A model generated the notes under the pieces. The model did not search any database and was not told the DNA's origin. It worked only from the letters and a program-made list of their open reading frames with translations. The position numbers and the translations under genes were made by a program. Positions 10,192-17,726 of a stretch of 64,000 nt of DNA are shown piece after piece (position 1 is the stretch's first letter; each line of letters begins with the position of its first letter). The stretch covers positions 224,001 through 288,000 of the forward strand of contig JAVRCV020000052.1 of NCBI GenBank assembly GCA_034530615.2, written 5' to 3'. The stretch comes from Aulosira sp. ZfuVER01. GTDB taxonomy: Bacteria; Cyanobacteriota; Cyanobacteriia; Cyanobacteriales; Nostocaceae.

Positions 10192-10578
10192 ATGCTGGGT
10201 AATTTTCAACAAAGCCAACTGCGGATAGAAATCGAAGCGTCAGCAAGTGCAATTCATGACAGTCTGCTGCGTCCAGTGCAATTACAAAAATGGCTGTTAG
10301 GGCAACGCTTTGCTCCTGGAATGCCAGAAGAACTCTACTCCGGCTTCCAGTTTACTACCTGGACTGGACCCGTTGCGATTCATCATCAAGTAAATGTGGC
10401 TAAACCTAATTGCCTCCGCTTTTTACTGAGTGGTGGAATTGATGGGTTTCATGAATGGTATTGGGGAGAAGGTTGGGTGCAGTCCCGCTTGGAAGGAGTG
10501 TCAATGCTACCCCTAAACTTAGGACAAACTTTAAGTTTATTGAGTTTGCGCCAGTTTTTGACGACTCAAAGATCTTGA
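10192..10578 (+). CDS. Conserved hypothetical protein (possible SRPBCC-like fold)
   Basis: 128-aa ORF; IEIEAS...DSLL...W and GIDGFHEWYW pattern. Confidence 0.7.
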   Translation: MLGNFQQSQLRIEIEASASAIHDSLLRPVQLQKWLLGQRFAPGMPEELYSGFQFTTWTGPVAIHHQVNVAKPNCLRFLLSGGIDGFHEWYWGEGWVQSRLEGVSMLPLNLGQTLSLLSLRQFLTTQRS

Positions 10579-10609
10579 ATTGTTTTTTCGCCTGTCTCTT
10601 GCATTTAGC

Positions 10610-11944
10610 TTACAAATTGGTTGTGAGCCTTGCTTTTCTCAAAACAAATGTCAGAACCGTCTCTTGTTTGGAAATTATGTCGGCGGTTACTTGCATACCA
10701 GGTTGAATGGCATAGGATTGATTGCCTTTGGTGAGATGAAGTCTATCTGGCTGGATAGTCACCTCATAGTAAGGTGAAACCCCGATATTACTGTTAGTTT
10801 GAGGTGTAATCGCATCGGCGGTAATGCCTCTGACAGCGCCATTGATAGTGCCATAATCCGGATAAGGATAGGCAGAGATTCTCATAATTACTTTGCCTTC
10901 TGAACATTCAGTGACTTGAGCAGCTTTGCATAAGCGAACCTTACTAATATCAGCAGCATCTACACGAGCTTTGACTAGCAAAGGAGCTTGACTAGGAGCA
11001 ATTTGAGCGATCGCTTGTCCTGGTTGTACAACCTGGCCAGGATTTCTGATGTCCAGTTTCAAGACGCTTCCGGCTTCTAAAGTCCGAATCACAGTTTTTT
11101 GTAAATCCCGATTAATTTGTGTAATTTCTTGCTCGTCTAGGTTAATTTTATTCTGAAGGGCTATTTGACCTTGGATCAAGCTTTCTCGTTCTTTATTCAA
11201 TGCGGCGAGGGTAGACTCACCCTTGGCTTTTTCTTGGGCTATCCGTTCTTGGGTCATCGTCACAGCAGCTATACTCGGATTGAGTCCAGTTTTAGCGCGT
11301 TGCAGTTTGGCGATCGCTGCTTTAAAAGCTTGTTCTTTTTCCTTAATTTGCAGTGTGGCGATCGCTCCCGTATTACCTAACTGTTTATACCGCTTCAGTT
11401 CTTCCTTGGCAAACTCTAAAGTAGCTTTTGCTTCTTCTACTTCTGATTGAGTGATATTTTGTCTATCTTGATATTCTCTTTGATTACGACTGAGATCTGC
11501 TTTTGTCGAAGCTATCTCCCTTTGGATGGAATTAGCCTCAGCAGTTATTTGAGTTTGTAGCGCCTTCAATTGCGCATTTATTTGCGAAATTTGTGATTGA
11601 TTCTGTCGAATATTGTCAATGAGTTGGCTTTTTTTAGTCAGGAGTTGAGAGTCATCAATGATTGCGATCGCTTCACCCTTGGCAAGCGTCTGATTTTCTT
11701 TTACTAAGATAGCTTTAACAATTCCTTGACCTGATGCCTCAATAATTCTCTGTTCTCCTGCGGGACGGACAGTCGCAGGCGATCGCACAGTAATCGGATA
11801 TTTGATAATCGCCGCTAACAAAACCGCCAAACCACAAGTTCCGATCAAAACAACTCCCCCCAATTTTGTCCAACGGCTAATCGCCGGAACAAGTTCGTCA
11901 ATTTGGATTTGACGCAGTAATTCTGGGTTATGTTCACTCAGCAT
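10610..11944 (-). CDS. HlyD-family membrane fusion protein, copy 1
   Basis: N-terminal TM, VRPAGE...GIVKAILVKENQ lipoyl-like half, long coiled coil, AYPYPDYGTI, IQPGMQVTADII. Confidence 0.93.
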   Translation of the reverse strand: MLSEHNPELLRQIQIDELVPAISRWTKLGGVVLIGTCGLAVLLAAIIKYPITVRSPATVRPAGEQRIIEASGQGIVKAILVKENQTLAKGEAIAIIDDSQLLTKKSQLIDNIRQNQSQISQINAQLKALQTQITAEANSIQREIASTKADLSRNQREYQDRQNITQSEVEEAKATLEFAKEELKRYKQLGNTGAIATLQIKEKEQAFKAAIAKLQRAKTGLNPSIAAVTMTQERIAQEKAKGESTLAALNKERESLIQGQIALQNKINLDEQEITQINRDLQKTVIRTLEAGSVLKLDIRNPGQVVQPGQAIAQIAPSQAPLLVKARVDAADISKVRLCKAAQVTECSEGKVIMRISAYPYPDYGTINGAVRGITADAITPQTNSNIGVSPYYEVTIQPDRLHLTKGNQSYAIQPGMQVTADIISKQETVLTFVLRKARLTTNL

Positions 11945-12188
11945 GAGTAGAAAACCAGCGCTAAATAAAAGTTAATAAAAATGTCGCTAGAGTCTGATTG
12001 ATATGAGGCTTGCTTTAGTCTTCATCTCTGCTAAATGTGTTGGCTTGAAAGCTACACATCAAATAACCGCCTCATAATCAAAATTTATCTATATTTTACT
12101 GTTTTTTTAATTTTTGCTTAATCTTCCTTTAATAAATGAATCTGATGTCAATACTCAATCTCTTCCATCAGCAATTTTACTGGATAAT

Positions 12189-12230
12189 TGTAGCCTGAGT
12201 TACAAAAAAAATTAATATAAAAAATACCAT
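12189..12230 (+). promoter_or_regulatory. Candidate NtcA-activated (class II) promoter pointing at the RiPP precursor
   Basis: tGTA-gcctgagt-TACa (GTA 12190-12192, TAC 12201-12203), then 21 nt, then TAccaT at 12225-12230. Confidence 0.6.
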
Positions 12231-12698
12231 CTTAGTTTTTTCTAGAAATTGCTCATTTAATTTACAAAAATTTAAAAATATATCTACTCATAAAAATCAA
12301 TTTCTCTACGCTGAGTAGAATAGCAGAGGTCGTTATGGTTAAAAAAATTTATAATTCTCAGCCTGCGTATGAGATGTCATAACCTTTGATAAATCTCAAA
12401 CAAGGAGGTTGATAAAGTTGAGAAACTTCCTTTATCAAAAAGGCTTATCTCTCTAGATATTTATACTTATCTCTATCTAAAGGATGATTTTCGCTGGAAA
12501 AAATAGCATTTAGTATAAATTGCATGAGTTAGCGCAAATCAATCAATTCAAACATTAAGAGATCAGATGCATTTACCAAGTTAAATGCACAAATTTTGAA
12601 CAGGTTAATTGATTGATGCTGACTTATAAATTGCTCAATCAATTATCAGAGCAATTTCCATTCAAACCAAAATTTGAATTAGGAACGGAGGCTTTATA

Positions 12699-12878
12699 AT
12701 GGCTAACGCATCAGGTTATGAACTATTTTCAATTTCTGAAAATTTTTTAACAGAATTATCAGCAGAAGATGAGTCTATAATTACAGGTGGCGGTGGCTCC
12801 TGCTACGGTGGAAGTAAGAGCAAGAGCAAGAAGAGCAAGAGCAAGAAGAGCAAGAGCAAGAGCAAAAAGTACTGCTAA
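12699..12878 (+). CDS. RiPP precursor peptide (59 aa): double-glycine leader and Ser/Lys-rich core
   Basis: Manual translation: MANASGYELFSISENFLTELSAEDESIITGG|GGSCYGGSKSKSKKSKSKKSKSKSKKYC*. RBS GGAGG at 12687-12691; ELS-x-E-x5-TGG leader motif. It lies directly upstream of the kinase, HopA1 and C39-ABC genes, and falls just below the apparent 60-aa cutoff of the ORF track. Confidence 0.9.
   Translation: MANASGYELFSISENFLTELSAEDESIITGGGGSCYGGSKSKSKKSKSKKSKSKSKKYC
12816..12860 (+). repeat. Perfect 15-bp tandem repeat x3 (AAGAGCAAGAGCAAG) encoding (KSKSK)3
   Basis: Copies at 12816-12830, 12831-12845 and 12846-12860, followed by partial AGCAAAAAG. Confidence 0.95.
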
Positions 12879-12976
12879 TAAACTCTGTAAAGGGCAATTA
12901 ATAGGACTAGTAGTTATAGCCCATTAACACAGGTTTCATTCTTTAGCTAAGGCTTCAAACCTATTTTGTTATAAAG

Positions 12977-13029
12977 CTTGTTGTAAAAATTTGGAAACTA
13001 CCGCTCCATATTTTTACAACAAGTTTCTT
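12977..13029 (+). terminator. Stem-loop between precursor and kinase (terminator or mRNA stabiliser)
   Basis: Perfect 14-bp arms CTTGTTGTAAAAAT (12977-12990) and ATTTTTACAACAAG (13010-13023), inner TGGA/TCCA pair, followed by TTTCTT. Confidence 0.65.
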
Positions 13030-13106
13030 GCAAGAATTTTTGGTTAATTTTTTTGATTTTGCGAGCAGTGCAGTTATCAGATTTCTTTTCAAATTAAGTA
13101 TAGATA

Positions 13107-14246
13107 ATGACATTTTTATTAAGCGATAGCAATTTTTTAGAGCATCTAATTGAACATAATTTATGTGAGGTTAAAGAACTAAAGATTAGCCAAATTGAAT
13201 CGAAAAGTTGTAAAAACTTTAATTTATTAGTGGTTTTCTCCAATAATCACCATCTGCTGATTAAGCAAGAACGCCATAACAAAGAAGGTAAAACTCATGG
13301 TGAGTTCTTGCAAGAATGGCGCATTCATGAGTGGTTGCAAAATTTTCAAGAACTAAGTGAATTTCGCGCAATTATATCTGAGGCGCTGCATTTTGATCCC
13401 ATTCGCTCAATTATTATTTTTAATTACCTTAACGAATATTGTGACTTAGAAGATTTTTACGACAACGAACATATTTTTCCCCAAGAAATCGCAGCATCTT
13501 TGGGAACAAGTGTAGCCACAATTCATCGCAAAACTTGGAAATGTCAGAAATATAAAGAATTTTTAGCAAAAGACTCTCAAGATATTAGCAAACATCCTAA
13601 CTTTCTCCGTGGTTTAGAAAGAATTAAACCAGAAATTTTTGCTCATATTTCTCTTGAGAATCTAAAATTCTTTAAGCTCTATCAGCGCCATGATCGCCTG
13701 AGACAAGCGATCGCTCAACTACAAACTGCTTACCAAAGTTGTTGTTTAATCCACAATGACTTAAAGCTTAACAATATTTTATTGCATAACCAATGGAAGC
13801 AATCCCCAAATCAAGCCATAGTTCGCTTGATTGATTGGGAAAAATTTGCTTGGGGAGATCCAGCATTGGATCTAGGAACAATCATCGCTAGTTACTTAAA
13901 TATTTGGTTAGGGAGTTTAGTTATCAGTACAGATATTGATTTGCAAACAGCTTTGCGGTTAGCCGGTACTCCCCTAGATCAGATCCAACCTAGTATATTT
14001 TCTTTAATAAAAGCTTATTTAACTCACTTTCCCGAAATTTTGAAGTTACGTCCTAATTTTTTGCAATTGGTAATGCAATTTACTGGTCTGGCATTAGTTG
14101 AAAAAATACAAATAAAAATAGATTATCACGAAGCTTTTGGCAATATAGGTATCTGTATGCTTCAGGTTGCCAATACTTTATTGTGCCATCCAGATAAATC
14201 AATCCCGATTATTTTGGGACACAGCGCCTCTGAGCTAAATTTTTAA
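13107..14246 (+). CDS. APH/phosphotransferase-family kinase (LanK/TvaC-like RiPP Ser/Thr kinase)
   Basis: KNFNLLV, LLIKQE, catalytic loop LIHNDLKLNNIL, LIDWEK, WGDPALDLG; context next to the precursor and HopA1 gene. Confidence 0.85.
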   Translation: MTFLLSDSNFLEHLIEHNLCEVKELKISQIESKSCKNFNLLVVFSNNHHLLIKQERHNKEGKTHGEFLQEWRIHEWLQNFQELSEFRAIISEALHFDPIRSIIIFNYLNEYCDLEDFYDNEHIFPQEIAASLGTSVATIHRKTWKCQKYKEFLAKDSQDISKHPNFLRGLERIKPEIFAHISLENLKFFKLYQRHDRLRQAIAQLQTAYQSCCLIHNDLKLNNILLHNQWKQSPNQAIVRLIDWEKFAWGDPALDLGTIIASYLNIWLGSLVISTDIDLQTALRLAGTPLDQIQPSIFSLIKAYLTHFPEILKLRPNFLQLVMQFTGLALVEKIQIKIDYHEAFGNIGICMLQVANTLLCHPDKSIPIILGHSASELNF

Positions 14247-14302
14247 CCCACTTAGTATAAAAAATACAACTTTTAATTAAAAAATCATATTAAATTACAA
14301 AA

Positions 14303-15391
14303 TTGATGATGCAATTGCGAGATTTACTACCTCATGAGATACCAAATGCTGCCTTAGAAGACATCGTTACCAAGGTTCAGATTCAATCTGACTTTACTAT
14401 TACCCATGCAGATTACCAACCTTTAAAACTTGCTGATGAAATCGTAGTATCTCTTCAAAACTTACCGATCGAAATCCAGAATAGGTATTTGAATCTGCAA
14501 TTGCGGAATTTTCTCTATGGCATTTATTACAATGGCCAATTAAAAGCTACCCTAGCAAACAATGTAAATCCAGATAGTTTATTAGAAATAAAAAAGCTAG
14601 AGAATAATCAAGCTGGCGCATTCAACCGAGAATTTTACGAAGACTTGCAGAAAAGTAACTGTGGTAAAGGCTACTTTGATCCAAGATGGCTTGTAGTGAA
14701 GCAAGAAAGCGATCATCTACTTGCTGTGCAAAAAGATGATTTGACATTGCATATTGAACCAGAACGCTATCTGCAATTAGCTGAACAATCGGCTAATGTT
14801 GGTGATGAAGTTGCTGTGCTGATGCCTCCTAACCTAATAGAACAGGCATATTATGTGGCAGTAAGTGATGCAGGTTTGGTGAATAAAACTCTTGCAGTAA
14901 ATATTAATTTTAATTTTATCTCTGAAGGTGCGATCGCATTGATGAAAAGTCTGACACAGCAACTTAACGAAATCAATATCCCTTTCACTTTTAAGGTTTT
15001 ATACGATCCTGATAATTACCAGCGTTGTGACTGTGGGGTGCTGCAATTTGAAAGTCACAACTACCACATAGTAAAGCAAATTCTTCAGACTGTGTATATA
15101 GCAAACAAATGCCTTTTTCGGGATTTAGTACCTCTGTTTACAAAGTTACTAGCGCCAGGGCTGAGTTTAGCAGAAGAACCAAATAATAAATTTACTGACC
15201 AAGAGAATTTTGGCATGAACCGCTGCCGAATATTGGCTAATGCCTTATTAGAAGCTTGGCAAGAAGGTGACAACTCCCAACAAGGAAAAATGCATTATGT
15301 AGATCGGCATTTCTCCCAACACTTAATTGATCTGCAACGCCCTTATCTTAATGCCAACTCTGAGGATATCTATCCGATGTTGGATTGTTGA
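14303..15391 (+). CDS. HopA1-domain protein (LanY/TvaD-like phospho-lyase family)
   Basis: GYFDPRW, IPFTFKVL..P..Y.R.D.GVL, PLFTKLLAPGLSLAEEP, FGMNRC..LA.AL recognised as typical of cyanobacterial HopA1-family proteins; start may be ATG 14306 or 14309. Confidence 0.8.
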   Translation: MMMQLRDLLPHEIPNAALEDIVTKVQIQSDFTITHADYQPLKLADEIVVSLQNLPIEIQNRYLNLQLRNFLYGIYYNGQLKATLANNVNPDSLLEIKKLENNQAGAFNREFYEDLQKSNCGKGYFDPRWLVVKQESDHLLAVQKDDLTLHIEPERYLQLAEQSANVGDEVAVLMPPNLIEQAYYVAVSDAGLVNKTLAVNINFNFISEGAIALMKSLTQQLNEINIPFTFKVLYDPDNYQRCDCGVLQFESHNYHIVKQILQTVYIANKCLFRDLVPLFTKLLAPGLSLAEEPNNKFTDQENFGMNRCRILANALLEAWQEGDNSQQGKMHYVDRHFSQHLIDLQRPYLNANSEDIYPMLDC

Positions 15392-15480
15392 TTAGATGAT
15401 GACGATTAATTACCCTATTACCAGGGTGCGCGTTATAGCATGATTGTATTTGCTTGATCGGGGATATTTAGGATAGGGAT

Positions 15481-17634
15481 GTGTCTAATCTAAAATACCG
15501 AGTTATAAGACAATATAGCGAAGAAGATTGTGGGGCTGCTTGTATTGCTTCTATTGCCAAATATTACGGACGGAGTTTTGCTCTCAACCGCATCCGTGAA
15601 GCGGTAGGCACTGGGCAACTGGGAACTACTTTGTTAGGTCTGAGACGAGGAATAGAAGCTTTTGGCTTTAATGCACGTTCCGGCAAAGCATCATCCGATT
15701 TTCTCCACAAGCTGGAACAAATGCCCTTACCAGCAATCATCCACTGGAAGGGTAATCATTGGGTGATTTTGTACGGTCGGCGCGGTAAAAATTATATCAT
15801 TGGCGATCCTGCCATTGGTCTACGTTATCTCTCCAAACAGGAGTTAATTGAGGGTTGGACTAATTGGGTACTGCTACTCTTACAGCCAGATCCCAAGCGT
15901 TTTTTTGTCCAATCGGATGACAAAACTAACCACCTGGAGAAATTTCTTCGGTTAATCCTACCCTACCGAGGTGTGATTTTTGAAGCTGTACTTTGTGCCC
16001 AATTTATTGGTCTGCTTTCTTTAGCTTCACCTTTCTTTATTCAAATTCTCACGGATGATGTTTTAGTTAGAGGAGATTTTCAGCTGCTTTTTGGTATAGT
16101 GCTGGCAGTTACAGTGATGTATATTGTCAGAAGTGGGCTGAAACTAGTAGAAAATATTCTAATAGCTCATTTTGCGCAACGTTTAGAATTAACTTTAACC
16201 CTAGAATTTGGTCAACAAATTCTCCGCCTCCCACTTTCTTATTATGAGTCTCGTCGTAGTGGTGAAATTGTTAGCCGATTAAGAGATATTCAACAAATTA
16301 ATAAATTAATCGCCGATGCGATCGTGAGTTTTCCCAGTAAGTTTTTTATTGCCAGCGTTTCTTTTATCTTGATGTTATTTTATAGCTGGAAACTGACAAT
16401 CACAGGCTTAGCAATCGCTGGGGTGATGACTCTATCTACAGTAGTTTTTCTGCCCGCACTCCAGCAGAAAAATCGTAAACTCATGGTTTTAGAAGCCGAA
16501 AACCAAGGTGTGCTAGTAGAAACATTTAAGGGAGCATTAACGCTAAAAACTACTACAGCTGCTCCGGAATTTTGGGAAGAATTTCAGCGCCGATTTAGTC
16601 AATTAGCAAACCTGGAATTGAGTACTATAAAAATTGCGATTATTAATAAGCAATTTTCTAGGTTAGTTTCTGATATTGGTGGTGCTACCTTACTATATAT
16701 TGGTAGTAGCCTGGTGATTAGCAAAGAGTTAAGTATCGGTCAGTTGCTAGCATTCACTAGCCTCAATTATAATGTTGGGTCTTTAATTGATTTTTTTGTT
16801 GACTTTGCAGACGATTTTACTCGTGTCAGAACAGCGACATCAAGACTTCAGGAAGTCGTCAATTCTACACCAGAAACTCAAGGAGATGCTAACAAATCTT
16901 GGACAGAAATTCCTGATAATGCAGACATTGTTTGCAGCAACCTAAACTTTCACTATCCTGGCAGAGTTGAATTACTAGAGAACTTTTCTGTTACTCTTCC
17001 TGGTAGTAAAGTCATTGCTCTAATTGGCGCATCAGGTTGTGGTAAAAGTTCTCTGGCAAAAATCATTGCTGGGTTATATACAACTCAATCAGGAAATATC
17101 CGCTTTGGCATTTATAACCAGCAAGATTTGTCTTTAGACTGTCTGCGAAGACAGGTGGTGCTTGTTCCCCAAGAACCTCACTTTTGGAGTCGTTCAATTA
17201 TTGAAAATTTTCGCTTAGGTTCTCCCAACGTTTCCTTTAAAAAAATTGTCGAGGCTTGCCGAATTGCTGAGGCTGATGATTTTGTGAGCAAGCTACCCGA
17301 AAAATATCAAACCGTTTTAGGTGAATTTGGTGCTAACATTTCTGGCGGACAAAGACAAAGATTAGCCATAGCTAGAGCAATTGTCAACGATCCACCCATT
17401 CTGATTTTAGATGAATCAACTGCTGGACTCGATCCTGTGAGCGAAGCTAAAGTTTTACATAAACTATTCTCCTATCGTCAAGGTAAAACCACGATTCTCA
17501 TTAGCCACCGTCCCAGAGTAATTGAACGTGCTGATTGGATTGTGGTATTAGAGCAGGGTAGGTTGAAAATACAAGGTTCTTTAGAAAAATTGCGATCGCT
17601 ACCTGGTAAGCATTTAGATTTTTTAACTCCCTAA
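15481..17634 (+). CDS. Peptidase-containing ABC transporter (C39 + TMD + NBD; LanT/SunT-type)
   Basis: QYSEEDCGAAC (catalytic Cys), HWKGNHW (His), GDP (Asp), Walker A GASGCGKS, ISGGQRQR, ILILDES, ISH. Confidence 0.95.
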   Translation: MSNLKYRVIRQYSEEDCGAACIASIAKYYGRSFALNRIREAVGTGQLGTTLLGLRRGIEAFGFNARSGKASSDFLHKLEQMPLPAIIHWKGNHWVILYGRRGKNYIIGDPAIGLRYLSKQELIEGWTNWVLLLLQPDPKRFFVQSDDKTNHLEKFLRLILPYRGVIFEAVLCAQFIGLLSLASPFFIQILTDDVLVRGDFQLLFGIVLAVTVMYIVRSGLKLVENILIAHFAQRLELTLTLEFGQQILRLPLSYYESRRSGEIVSRLRDIQQINKLIADAIVSFPSKFFIASVSFILMLFYSWKLTITGLAIAGVMTLSTVVFLPALQQKNRKLMVLEAENQGVLVETFKGALTLKTTTAAPEFWEEFQRRFSQLANLELSTIKIAIINKQFSRLVSDIGGATLLYIGSSLVISKELSIGQLLAFTSLNYNVGSLIDFFVDFADDFTRVRTATSRLQEVVNSTPETQGDANKSWTEIPDNADIVCSNLNFHYPGRVELLENFSVTLPGSKVIALIGASGCGKSSLAKIIAGLYTTQSGNIRFGIYNQQDLSLDCLRRQVVLVPQEPHFWSRSIIENFRLGSPNVSFKKIVEACRIAEADDFVSKLPEKYQTVLGEFGANISGGQRQRLAIARAIVNDPPILILDESTAGLDPVSEAKVLHKLFSYRQGKTTILISHRPRVIERADWIVVLEQGRLKIQGSLEKLRSLPGKHLDFLTP

Positions 17635-17726
17635 TCACCTCTCATCTTCAGTATTTAATACTAGCTTTTGGATAATCCGACGCAAGCGACTGCGATTCAA
17701 AAACTTCAATACAATGTGGCAATAGC

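Noticed and set aside
12813..12869. Alternative readings of the repeat (RARAR or EQEQE frames) or a CRISPR-like array
   Set aside because: Only the KS frame has an RBS, ATG and GG leader; there are no unique spacers and no cas genes.
13107..17634. Calling the cluster a complete class V lanthipeptide or thioamitide pathway
   Set aside because: No LanC cyclase, flavin decarboxylase, YcaO/TfuA or methyltransferase is in the cluster; trans-acting genes outside the window cannot be excluded.
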